A DNA stretch of 32,000 bases from Haloferax volcanii DS2 (GCF_000025685.1 NC_013967.1:2730001-2762000); one strand, 5' to 3'; shown: positions 16,435 to 24,917, counted from the first letter of the stretch. A program made the numbers and translations. Notes: generated by a model from the letters alone, not told the origin.

Positions 16435-17259
16435 TTACCGCGTGTTCTGCGGGTGCACGCCGGCACCCTCGTCGGACCCGGACTGTTCGGCCGCCGACTG
16501 CTCGACCACGCCGTCGAACAGCGTCGCGTCACAGCCCCGGCAGACGGCCGAGACGTGCCGTTTCGTCCCGTCGGAGGTCCGCACCCGTTCGGTTTCGACC
16601 GCGACCGCGCCGTCACAGGTCGGGCACGTCTGGAGACACAACCGAAGCGCCCCGAGGACGCGGTTCCGGTCGGCCGTCGAGAGCCGCCACCACTCGGGGT
16701 AGTACCGGCGGAACGTCGCGACCGCCGTGCGGTCGGCGACGAACGCGGCGCGGGAGGACCACCGACCGACGGTTCCGTGGTCGAGTCGCGCGAACAGCCC
16801 CCGCTCGGTCCACCCCATCTCGATTCTGTCCGAGTCGACGCCGAGAAGCGCCGCGAGCGTCTCGCGGTCGCCGTCTCGCCCGTCGGCTTCGAGCATTCGG
16901 GCGCGCCAGTCGTCGGCGAACTGCGGCGACAGCGAGAGGCTGTCGTCCGCGTCGGTCGCGAAGACGCCCGCGCCGTGCAACGCGGCGGCGAGGTCGACCC
17001 GGCCGTCGAGCGAGAGCGGCGGCGACGGCCGCGCCGACGGGAGTTGCGGGGGCGACGGCGAGGCCGACGAGAGTTCGAGGAACGCGAAGCCGAAGACGAC
17101 GACGGGCGGGAGCACGCCGAGGAACGCGCCGTAGGGGACCCAGACGAGCCACCCGAGCGTCCCGCAGACGAACGTCAAGAGGAGGAGCGGAAACACGAGC
17201 GGAGACCGGAGACGCGGCTGTCGGACCCCGGAGTCAGGAAGGCAGCGATGCCCGGACAT
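16435..17259 (-). CDS. uncharacterised membrane-anchored protein with a C-terminal CPTC...CxxC zinc ribbon (paralogue of 24918..25838)
   Basis: Two N-terminal TM helices (LVFPLLLLTFVCGTLGWLVWV, LPPVVVFGFAFL), then a soluble domain ending LRLCLQTCPTCDGAVAVETERV...VSAVCRGCDATLFDG. Confidence 0.75.
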   Translation of the reverse strand: MSGHRCLPDSGVRQPRLRSPLVFPLLLLTFVCGTLGWLVWVPYGAFLGVLPPVVVFGFAFLELSSASPSPPQLPSARPSPPLSLDGRVDLAAALHGAGVFATDADDSLSLSPQFADDWRARMLEADGRDGDRETLAALLGVDSDRIEMGWTERGLFARLDHGTVGRWSSRAAFVADRTAVATFRRYYPEWWRLSTADRNRVLGALRLCLQTCPTCDGAVAVETERVRTSDGTKRHVSAVCRGCDATLFDGVVEQSAAEQSGSDEGAGVHPQNTR

Positions 17260-17583
17260 ACCAGAACCGTGGGTACGACGCCGTATAGGTATGAACCGGG
17301 TACACCAGATAGCAAGAACGTAAACGTGCTCCCGTGCCGGACTTCGGTCGATAACATCACATTACCCGCGACAGTCGCGCCGCCGCGAGTGTCGACTATC
17401 GTACCACATCCATGCCAACGGGTGTCCGAACACGAGCGACTGCCGCCGCGAGACGCGGTAGGACACCGTTTCCAGCGACAGCGAGCGATTAAGTGCAGTC
17501 GAACGAGCCGGTCGGCCGATTTTTCGGCCCGTCGGCGTCCGACTGCCGCTACATTCACATAGCCGCCGTCCTGAGGCGCGCAC

Positions 17584-19038
17584 ATGCAACTGCACTGGCA
17601 CCGCCGGGACCTGCGCGTCGCGGACAACCGCGGCCTCGCGACGGCCGCGGAGGCGGGCCCCGTCGCCCCGCTTTTCGTCTTCGATCGGGACGTGCTCGAC
17701 CACGCCGGCGCGCCCCGCGTCAGGTACTTACTCGACGCGCTCGCCGAACTCCGCGGCGCGTACCAAGAGCGCGGGAGCGACCTGCTCGTCGCCCGCGGCG
17801 ACCCCCGGACGGTCGTGCCGGCGGTGGCGGCGGCGTTCGACGCCGAGCGGGCCGTGTGGGGTATCGACTACTCCGGACTCGCCCGCGAGCGCGACGCCGA
17901 CGTGCGGCTCGCCCTCGACGACGCCGGCGTCGCCCGCGAGCCGGTCCACGACGCCATCTTCCACCCGCCGGGGAGCATCACGACAAACGCGGGCGACACC
18001 TACTCCGTCTACACCTACTTCTGGAAGAAGTGGCGCGACCGCGACAAACCCGACCCCTATCCGGAACCGGACGCCGACGACCTCGTCGACGCCGCCACGC
18101 TCGAATCCGCGGCCGAAGACCTCACCAACGGCGACGCAGAGTTCGACATCGCCGTCGGCGGCCTCCCGACCATCTCGGACCTCGGCTTCGAGGAGCCGTC
18201 GGCATCGGTCCAGCCGGCGGGGACCGAGGCGGCCCGCGAGCGCCTCTCGGCGTTCTGCGCGGACGCCATCTACCGCTACGCCGACGACCGCGACTACCCG
18301 ACGCGGGACGCCACGTCGCGGCTCTCGACGGACCTCAAGTTCGGGACCATCGGCATCCGCGAGGTGTACGCGGCGACCGCCGCGGCCCGCGAGGGCGTCG
18401 GCGGCGAGAGAGACGAGTCGGTCGAGGAGTTCCAGTCGCAGTTGGCGTGGCGGGAGTTCTACGCCCACGTCCTCCGAGGGCATCCGAACGTCGTCACGGA
18501 GAACTACAAGGAGTACGAGGAGGACATCGCGTGGCGCGACGACGACGAGGAACTCGCGGCGTGGAAGGCGGGCGAAACCGGCTACCCCATCGTCGACGCC
18601 GGGATGCGACAGCTCCGCGAGGAGGCGTACATGCACAACCGCGTCCGGATGATCGTCGCGTCGTTCCTCACGAAGGACCTGCTGTGCGACTGGCGACACG
18701 GCTACGCGCACTTCCGCGAGCACCTCGCGGACCACGACACCGCAAACGACAACGGCGGCTGGCAGTGGGCCGCCTCGACGGGGACCGATGCCCAGCCGTA
18801 CTTCCGCATCTTCAACCCGATGACGCAGGGCGAGCGCTACGACCCCGACGGCGAGTACATCAAGCGGTACGTCCCCGAGCTCTCGGACGTGACGGCCAAC
18901 ACCATCCACGAGTGGCACGAGCTGACCGACCTCGAACGCGAGCGGCTCGCGCCCGACTACCCGGAGCCCATCGTGGACCACGCCGAGCGCCGCGAGCGCG
19001 CGATTTCGATGTTCGAGGCCGCCCGCGGCGACGACTGA
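17584..19038 (+). CDS. phr: deoxyribodipyrimidine photolyase (class I CPD photolyase / cryptochrome family)
   Basis: MQLHWHRRDLRVADN, LAWREFY, TGYPIVDAGMRQL...GYMHNRVRMIVASFL, NNGGWQWAASTG.D..PYFRIFNP. Confidence 0.95.
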   Translation: MQLHWHRRDLRVADNRGLATAAEAGPVAPLFVFDRDVLDHAGAPRVRYLLDALAELRGAYQERGSDLLVARGDPRTVVPAVAAAFDAERAVWGIDYSGLARERDADVRLALDDAGVAREPVHDAIFHPPGSITTNAGDTYSVYTYFWKKWRDRDKPDPYPEPDADDLVDAATLESAAEDLTNGDAEFDIAVGGLPTISDLGFEEPSASVQPAGTEAARERLSAFCADAIYRYADDRDYPTRDATSRLSTDLKFGTIGIREVYAATAAAREGVGGERDESVEEFQSQLAWREFYAHVLRGHPNVVTENYKEYEEDIAWRDDDEELAAWKAGETGYPIVDAGMRQLREEAYMHNRVRMIVASFLTKDLLCDWRHGYAHFREHLADHDTANDNGGWQWAASTGTDAQPYFRIFNPMTQGERYDPDGEYIKRYVPELSDVTANTIHEWHELTDLERERLAPDYPEPIVDHAERRERAISMFEAARGDD

Positions 19039-19061
19039 GCGACGACTGACCCCGCCTGCTG

Positions 19062-19067
19062 TTTTTT
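19062..19067 (+). terminator. T6 run after phr
   Basis: ctgctgTTTTTTgcc lies 24 nt after the phr stop. Confidence 0.55.
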
Positions 19068-19122
19068 GCCCTCGGTCGCCGCGGCACGAACGACTTTGGC
19101 CTCGGGACCCGATTCCGAGTTC

Positions 19123-19728
19123 ATGCACGTCGCTATCATCCTCTACGACGGCTTCGACGAACTCGACGCCGTCGCGCCGTTCGAGGTGTTCCAGAACGCC
19201 GGCGCGGCCGGGGCCGACTGCGAGGCCGAACTCGTCGCGCTCGACGACCGCGAGTTCGTGACCGCGAGCCACGGGATGCGCGTCGGCGTCGACGGCGCCC
19301 TCGACCCGGAAACCGACCGCCCGGACCTGCTCGTCGTCCCCGGCGGCGGCTGGAACTCCCGCGCCGACCAGAGCGCGTGGGCCGAAGCCGAGAAGGGCGA
19401 GATTCCCGATGCCATCGCCGCGCTCCACGAGGCCGGAACGACCGTCGCCGGCGTCTGTACCGGCGGGATACTCCTCGCCCGCGCCGGCATCCTCGACGGT
19501 CGCCCCGCGGTCACCCACGGCAGCGCGCTCTCCGACCTCCGCGAGACGGCCGCAGTAGTCGTCGAAGCGCGCGTCGTCGACGACGGCGACGTGCTCACCG
19601 CGGGCGGCGTCACCTCTGGTCTCGACCTCTCGTTACATCTCGTCGAACGCGAGTTCGGAGCCGAAATCGCCGACGCCGTCTCGACGGAAATCGAGTACGA
19701 GCGCCGGACGAAGCCGTTCGACGGCTGA
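19123..19728 (+). CDS. DJ-1/PfpI family protein (class I glutamine amidotransferase-like)
   Basis: MHVAIILYDGFDELDAVAPFEVF...LLVVPGG...VAGVCTGGILLARAGILDGRPAVTH; the nucleophile-elbow Cys is present. Start is the ATG at 19123. Confidence 0.87.
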   Translation: MHVAIILYDGFDELDAVAPFEVFQNAGAAGADCEAELVALDDREFVTASHGMRVGVDGALDPETDRPDLLVVPGGGWNSRADQSAWAEAEKGEIPDAIAALHEAGTTVAGVCTGGILLARAGILDGRPAVTHGSALSDLRETAAVVVEARVVDDGDVLTAGGVTSGLDLSLHLVEREFGAEIADAVSTEIEYERRTKPFDG

Positions 19729-19819
19729 CACGCTCGCGCGAACCGGAGCTTCTCGAAGCGGAGAAATCGACCGATAGCGACCCGCAAACTGTGGTTTGTG
19801 CTAGCATACCCCTCCTCAA

Positions 19820-19827
19820 GTTTTAAC
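19820..19827 (+). promoter_or_regulatory. TATA-like box for sod (leadered, with a GGAGGT Shine-Dalgarno-like site at 19853-19858)
   Basis: GTTTTAAC lies 42 nt upstream of the ATG at 19866. GGAGGT lies 8 nt upstream of the ATG. Confidence 0.5.
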
Positions 19828-19865
19828 ATGATTCCGCCCGACGCATGATACGGAGGTTACACATT

Positions 19866-20465
19866 ATGAGCTACGAACTCGACCCGCTTCCGTACGAGTA
19901 CGACGCCCTCGAACCGCACATCTCCGAGCAGGTGCTGACGTGGCATCACGACACCCACCACCAGGGCTACGTCAACGGCTGGAACGCGGCCGAGGAGACC
20001 CTCGCCGAGAACCGCGAAGCAGGCGAGTTCGGCTCGTCCGCCGGCGCGCTCCGCAACGTCACCCACAACGGCTCGGGACACATTCTGCACGACCTGTTCT
20101 GGCAGAACATGTCGCCGGAAGGCGGCGACGAGCCCGAGGGTGCGCTCGCAGAGCGCATCGCGGAGGACTTCGGTTCCTACGAGGCGTGGAAGGGTGAATT
20201 CGAAGCGGCGGCCGGCGCGGCCGGCGGCTGGGCGCTTCTGGTGTACGACTCGTTCTCGAACCAGCTTCGGAACGTCGTCGTCGACAAGCACGACCAGGGC
20301 GCGCTCTGGGGTAGCCATCCCATCCTCGCGCTGGACGTCTGGGAGCACTCGTACTACCACGACTACGGCCCGGCCCGCGGCGACTTCGTCTCCGCGTTCT
20401 TCGAGGTCGTCGACTGGGACGAACCCGCCGCTCGCTACGAGCAGGCCGTCGAACTCTTCGAGTAA
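19866..20465 (+). CDS. sod: Fe/Mn superoxide dismutase
   Basis: MSYELDPLPYEYDALEPHISEQVLTWHHDTHHQGYV and DVWEHSYY. Confidence 0.96.
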   Translation: MSYELDPLPYEYDALEPHISEQVLTWHHDTHHQGYVNGWNAAEETLAENREAGEFGSSAGALRNVTHNGSGHILHDLFWQNMSPEGGDEPEGALAERIAEDFGSYEAWKGEFEAAAGAAGGWALLVYDSFSNQLRNVVVDKHDQGALWGSHPILALDVWEHSYYHDYGPARGDFVSAFFEVVDWDEPAARYEQAVELFE

Positions 20466-20482
20466 ACCCGGTACATCCCGAC

Positions 20483-20490
20483 TTTTCTTT
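20483..20490 (+). terminator. T-rich tract after sod
   Basis: gacTTTTCTTTcgg lies 18 nt after the sod stop, between convergent genes. Confidence 0.45.
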
Positions 20491-20565
20491 CGGACGCAAC
20501 GCCGTCAGCGGCGGCGCTGTCCGCGAATCGAATCAAATCAGTCCGCGGGTGCGCTCCGCTCGACC

Positions 20566-20988
20566 TCAGGGCAGTCGGTCGCGGGCGGTCGGGTCGCTGA
20601 ACAGGTCCGCCCCGTCGAACTCGTCGTTCAGCGCGCAGACGCGGTCGTGCAGGGCGGCGAAGTCGCGGCCAGCCCCGCGGTCGAAGCCGGCGAGGATTCC
20701 GGTGGGGCGGTCGCCGACGAAGGTCCGAAACTGCTCGAACGAGTCGAACCCGCGGACGGTGTAGCCGTAGTCCGCGTAGTACAGCGTCTCGTAGGTGTCT
20801 CTCGTGACGTATCCGAACCGCTCGTTGTCGATAAACTGCGAGATGTCGAGACATTCGAGCGCATCGGACACGTCCTCTCTGACGTAGAGGTGTTCGTACC
20901 CGTGGTGGTCGAAGACCCAGAGGTCGCGGAGGTCATCCCCGCAGAAGCTACGGAAGGCCTCGACGAGTCGTGCGGCGGCGTCGCTCAT
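20566..20988 (-). CDS. hypothetical acidic protein (140 aa)
   Basis: MSDAAARLVEAFRSFCGDDLRDLWVFDHHGYEHLYVREDV... has haloarchaeal composition. The GATAAG/CTTATC box lies about 27 nt upstream of the ATG at 20988. No family recognised. Confidence 0.65.
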   Translation of the reverse strand: MSDAAARLVEAFRSFCGDDLRDLWVFDHHGYEHLYVREDVSDALECLDISQFIDNERFGYVTRDTYETLYYADYGYTVRGFDSFEQFRTFVGDRPTGILAGFDRGAGRDFAALHDRVCALNDEFDGADLFSDPTARDRLP

Positions 20989-21152
20989 CGTTTCGGGTCT
21001 GGCGTCACAGCTGATAAGCCTACTTATGGGGTTATCGAAGGCTGTAAGGGAGCGATGGGCACGCTCGTCAGTCGCACTGCCGTCGCCGCCGATGCTCGTC
21101 ACCCGCCGCCCGCGGTCGTCGGGGTTTTGCCCGTCGGCCGAGAAGCGCACGC

Positions 21153-21443
21153 ATGCCCAGGCCGAAAGACGACTTCGACACCCTCTACGGGTATCTCCTG
21201 TACGAACCCGCCGACATCCTCGACCCAGACTACATGTACACCGTGGGCGAAATCGCCCGCCTGATGCAGGGGCTGTCGCCGCAGGACGACCTCGCCGAGG
21301 AGACCGAAGACCGCATCATCCAGTGGACGATTCCGTGGATCGTCGCCAACCAAGAGGACTTCGTCATCAACGACCCGCGGAGCGACGAACCGGGTTACTT
21401 CGGCCTTCATCCCGACGCCGTCCCCGAAGCAGACGAGGAATAA
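21153..21443 (+). CDS. hypothetical acidic protein (96 aa)
   Basis: MPRPKDDFDTLYGYLLYEPADILDPDYMYTVGEIARLM... A GTTTTG box lies 26 nt upstream of the ATG at 21153. No family recognised. Confidence 0.6.
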   Translation: MPRPKDDFDTLYGYLLYEPADILDPDYMYTVGEIARLMQGLSPQDDLAEETEDRIIQWTIPWIVANQEDFVINDPRSDEPGYFGLHPDAVPEADEE

Positions 21444-21544
21444 CGACCACACCCGCACCGCGCGGTTCGGTGTCCCCGATATTCTCCCGACCTGAGAGTC
21501 GCACAAACGGTTATCTGTCAGGTAGTTGTTTTCTCGCTCGTACG

Positions 21545-22303
21545 ATGACTCAGTTCGACACCGAAGTCGCGGTCGTGACCGGCGCTAGCTCTGGAATCGG
21601 TCGCGCGACGGCGGAGGCGTTCGCCGCGGATGGCGCGCGCGTCGTCGTCTCCGACGTGAACGCCGAGGGCGGCGAGGAGACCGTCGCACGCATCGAAGAA
21701 GCCGGCGGGACGGCGATATTCGTCGAGACGGACGTGACGGACGACGACGCCGTCGCCGCGCTGGTCGACACGGCTGTCTCCGAGTACGGCCGACTCGACT
21801 TCGCCTGCAACAACGCGGGTATCGGCGGTCCGCAGAAACCGACCGCCGACCTCTCGGTCGACGAGTGGCACCGGGTCGTCGACGTGAACCTCAACGGCGT
21901 CTGGCGGTCGATGCGACACGAGATTCCCGCGATGCTCGACGTCGACGGCGGCGTCATCGTCAACATGGCGTCGATTCTCGGGAAAGTCGGCTTCGCGAAC
22001 GCGGCCCCGTACGTCGCCGCGAAGCACGGCGTCCTCGGACTGACGAAGACCGCGGCCATCGAGTACGCCGAACAGGGCGTCCGCGTCAACGCGGTGTGCC
22101 CGGGTTTCGTCGACACGCCCCTGCTCGGGGAAGGCGGCCTCGACGACCCCGAAGCGCGCCAGGGAATCGAGTCGCTCCACCCGGTGAACCGCCTCGGCGA
22201 CGTGGACGAAATCGCCTCCGCGGTCGTCTGGCTCTGTTCGGACGGCGCGTCGTTCACGACCGGCGAGGCGCTCACCGTCGACGGCGGCTACACGAGTCGC
22301 TAG
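21545..22303 (+). CDS. SDR family oxidoreductase (classical short-chain dehydrogenase)
   Basis: VAVVTGASSGIGRA (TGxxxGxG), NNAG, catalytic S...YVAAK, and PGFVDTP. Start is the ATG at 21545. Confidence 0.92.
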   Translation: MTQFDTEVAVVTGASSGIGRATAEAFAADGARVVVSDVNAEGGEETVARIEEAGGTAIFVETDVTDDDAVAALVDTAVSEYGRLDFACNNAGIGGPQKPTADLSVDEWHRVVDVNLNGVWRSMRHEIPAMLDVDGGVIVNMASILGKVGFANAAPYVAAKHGVLGLTKTAAIEYAEQGVRVNAVCPGFVDTPLLGEGGLDDPEARQGIESLHPVNRLGDVDEIASAVVWLCSDGASFTTGEALTVDGGYTSR

Positions 22304-22330
22304 CGCGAGGTGACGCGGCGAGGCGACGGT

Positions 22331-22915
22331 TCACCTCGTCCGCGCCGCGCGGGCCGCGAGTTCGAGGTCCTCGCTCGGGCGAGTCGCGACGCTCGGGCCG
22401 TGGCCGGTGTGGAGTTCGGTCAGGTCGCCGCCGACCACCTCGCGCAGGCGGTCGATGCTCTCGACGAGCGCGCCGCGGTCGCCCTCGGGGAGGTCGGTCC
22501 GACCGAACCCGCCGTTGGCGAAGACGAGGTCGCCCGCGAAGCAGACGCCCGACCCGCGGGAGAAAAAGCAGAGGTGGTCGTCCTTGTGGCCCGGCGTGTG
22601 GACCGCCTCGAACACGTCGTCACCGATTTGGACGCGCTCGCCGTCGTCGATGCGCCTGTCCACGGCGAGGTTGCCGGTGTCGTAGCCCCACGTCTGCACG
22701 TCGAACGCCTCGCGGACGGCGTCGACGTTGCCGATGTGGTCGGGGTGCGTGTGGGTGAGGTACACCGCGTCGAGCGAGTCGGTGACCTCGCGGACCGTCG
22801 GCACCATGTCGAAGTTCGCCCCGGTGTCCACGAGCGCGGTGGTCTCGCCGTCGACGAGAAAGACGTTGCTCGTGAAGGCGCGGATGTCTCCTGTGAGATT
22901 GCGAATCACGGTCAC
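22331..22915 (-). CDS. MBL-fold metallo-hydrolase
   Basis: LTHTHPDHIGN (HxHxDH), HTPGH, and 194 aa. Confidence 0.9.
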   Translation of the reverse strand: MTVIRNLTGDIRAFTSNVFLVDGETTALVDTGANFDMVPTVREVTDSLDAVYLTHTHPDHIGNVDAVREAFDVQTWGYDTGNLAVDRRIDDGERVQIGDDVFEAVHTPGHKDDHLCFFSRGSGVCFAGDLVFANGGFGRTDLPEGDRGALVESIDRLREVVGGDLTELHTGHGPSVATRPSEDLELAARAARTR

Positions 22916-23025
22916 GGGTACGAAAAGCGGGGTGTTCGGTGTTGTGGGCGCTGCGGAAATCCGGGCCGAGGACGGTAGGATTTAGAGGGACCGACGACGA
23001 CCAACACCCAACCAGGGCACCTCTC

Positions 23026-24024
23026 ATGCGCCAATATCTCGACCTCGTCACGGACGTTCTCGGAACCGGGCGGCACAAACCGAATCGAACGGGCGTCGAT
23101 ACCATCTCGGGCTTCTCGAAGCACTACACCGTCGACCTCCAAGAGGGCTTTCCGCTGCTCACGACGAAGGACCTCTCGGGCTTCCGCTGGAACTCCCTCA
23201 TCCACGAACTGCTGTGGTATCTCTCCGGCGAGGAACACATCCGCACCCTCCGCGAGGAGACGGGCATCTGGGACGCGTGGGCCGACGAGGAGGGCCACCT
23301 CGACACGGCCTACGGCCGGTTCTGGCGGCGCTACCCGGTCCCCGAGGAGGGGCTTGCGGGCGAGGCGTGGCCCGACGACGGCCACCGCTGGATGAACGAC
23401 GAGGGGACGTTCGACCAGCTCGCGTACGTCCTCGACACGCTCGACGAGAACCCGAACTCGCGCCGGCTGGTCATCAACGCGTGGCACCCCGCCAACGCGG
23501 CCGTCTCGACGCTCCCGCCGTGTCACTACACGTTCGTCTTCAACGTGCAGGGCGACGAACTCAACCTCCATCTGACCCAGCGCTCCGGCGATATCGCGCT
23601 CGGCGTCCCGTTCAACCTCGCGGCGTACGCCATCCTCGCGCAGGTCGTCGCCCAGCGCGCCGGCTTCGAACTCGGGTCGTTCGCCCACACCATCGTCGAC
23701 GCCCACGTCTACTGCGGGGCCGGCGAGCGCGGCGCGTGGTACGGCGACCACCTCGACGAACTCCAGTCCCGCCTCGCCGACGTGCAGTCGCCCGACGAAT
23801 ACCTCGACGTGCGCGAATGGCTCCTCGACGCGGCCCCCGAGGAGGCCGACGGCGAGGAGGACTACGACCACGTCCCCGGACTGCTCTTGCAGGCCTCGCG
23901 CGAGCCGCGCGAGCGCCCCGCGCTCGACGTGGCCGACGTGCCGCTCGAAGACCTCTCGTTCGAGGACATCGTCCTCCGCGACTACGACCCGGCCGACGGG
24001 ATTCGCTTCGCGGTGGCCGAATGA
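23026..24024 (+). CDS. thyA: thymidylate synthase (ThyA type)
   Basis: MRQYLDLVTDVLGTGRHKPNRTGVDTISGF, FPLLTTK, LPPCHYTFVFNV (catalytic Cys), and QRSGDIALGVPFNLA. Start is the ATG at 23026. Confidence 0.95.
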   Translation: MRQYLDLVTDVLGTGRHKPNRTGVDTISGFSKHYTVDLQEGFPLLTTKDLSGFRWNSLIHELLWYLSGEEHIRTLREETGIWDAWADEEGHLDTAYGRFWRRYPVPEEGLAGEAWPDDGHRWMNDEGTFDQLAYVLDTLDENPNSRRLVINAWHPANAAVSTLPPCHYTFVFNVQGDELNLHLTQRSGDIALGVPFNLAAYAILAQVVAQRAGFELGSFAHTIVDAHVYCGAGERGAWYGDHLDELQSRLADVQSPDEYLDVREWLLDAAPEEADGEEDYDHVPGLLLQASREPRERPALDVADVPLEDLSFEDIVLRDYDPADGIRFAVAE

Positions 24025-24605
24025 GCGGCGAGGAGCTTTCTGGGTCCGAAACCGAGGGCGACGCCGCGGTCCGGTTCGTCCTCGTCGCCGCCGTCGCCGA
24101 CAACCGCGTCATCGGCCGCGACGGCGACATGCCGTGGCACCTCCCCGAGGACCTGAAACAGTTCAAGCGGACGACGACCGGCCACCCGGTCGTGATGGGT
24201 CGCAAGACCTACGAGAGCATCGCCCGCCAACTCGGCGGCCCGCTTCCGGAGCGTCACAGCGTCGTGCTGACGACCCGCGACCTCGACCTCCCCGAGGGCG
24301 CTGAAGCGGTCGAGTCGGTCGAGTCGGCGGTCGCCGCCGCCGAGGACGCGGCCGACGAGATGGGCGTCGAGACCGTCTACGTCGTCGGCGGCGCGACCGT
24401 CTACGAGCAGTTCCTCGGCCGCGCCGCGGGGCTGGTGCTCACCGAACTCGACGCGGCACACGAAGGCGACACGCGGTTCCCCGAGTGGGACCGCGGGAAG
24501 TGGGTCGAGACCGACCGCGACGACCGCGACGGCTTTTCGTTCGTCACGTACGAGCGCAAACAGCCCGCCGCGGCTGACCGCGGCGCGGAGGAATCCGATG
24601 AGTAA
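24021..24605 (+). CDS. folA: dihydrofolate reductase
   Basis: FVLVAAVADNRVIGRDGDMPWHLPEDLKQFKRTTTGHPVVMGRKTYESI and YVVGGATVYEQFL. The ATG overlaps the thyA stop (ATGA). From memory this resembles the Haloferax hdrB arrangement. Confidence 0.92.
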   Translation: MSGEELSGSETEGDAAVRFVLVAAVADNRVIGRDGDMPWHLPEDLKQFKRTTTGHPVVMGRKTYESIARQLGGPLPERHSVVLTTRDLDLPEGAEAVESVESAVAAAEDAADEMGVETVYVVGGATVYEQFLGRAAGLVLTELDAAHEGDTRFPEWDRGKWVETDRDDRDGFSFVTYERKQPAAADRGAEESDE

Positions 24606-24801
24606 CTCGGGCGAGTGGGAGTACAAAATCGTCCGCACGGCCGACGGCGGCCTGTTCAGCGGCGACACCTCCCCGATGGAAGACGCGCTCAACTCCCTCG
24701 GCGGCGACGGCTGGGAGCTCGTGGACACGATTGCGGACTCGCGCGGCGCTGGCGCGAACAGCGGGCAGACGGCGCTCGTGTTCAAGCGGCCGAAGCGCTG
24801 A
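24598..24801 (+). CDS. DUF4177-like small protein (67 aa)
   Basis: EWEYKIVRTADGGLFSG...MEDALNSLGGDGWELVDT...TALVFKRPK matches the DUF4177 pattern (W.YK......G.......L.....L...G..GWELV). It overlaps the folA 3' end by 8 nt. Confidence 0.75.
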   Translation: MSNSGEWEYKIVRTADGGLFSGDTSPMEDALNSLGGDGWELVDTIADSRGAGANSGQTALVFKRPKR

Positions 24802-24917
24802 GACGCCGGGCGTCACCTCACGGGCGCTCGTGAACGACCTGCGTTTCTCGTGACGCATCACGAGTAGCTTTATTGACGCGAACGACCTCGTAAGAGGGAA
24901 CGAAGCTTCCCCTCGCT

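Noticed and set aside
16413-17288. 291-aa plus-strand ORF, and similar Arg-rich ORFs (for example 15638-16702, 17493-19049, 21865-22758, 23214-24605 upstream part)
   Set aside because: They are extremely Arg/Pro/Gly-rich (runs of RRR), typical of an off-frame reading of GC-rich coding DNA. All overlap confidently assigned genes.
17728-19518. 596-aa minus-strand ORF
   Set aside because: It is antisense to the photolyase and DJ-1 genes, has no motifs, and has an Arg/Gly/Val-rich artefact composition.
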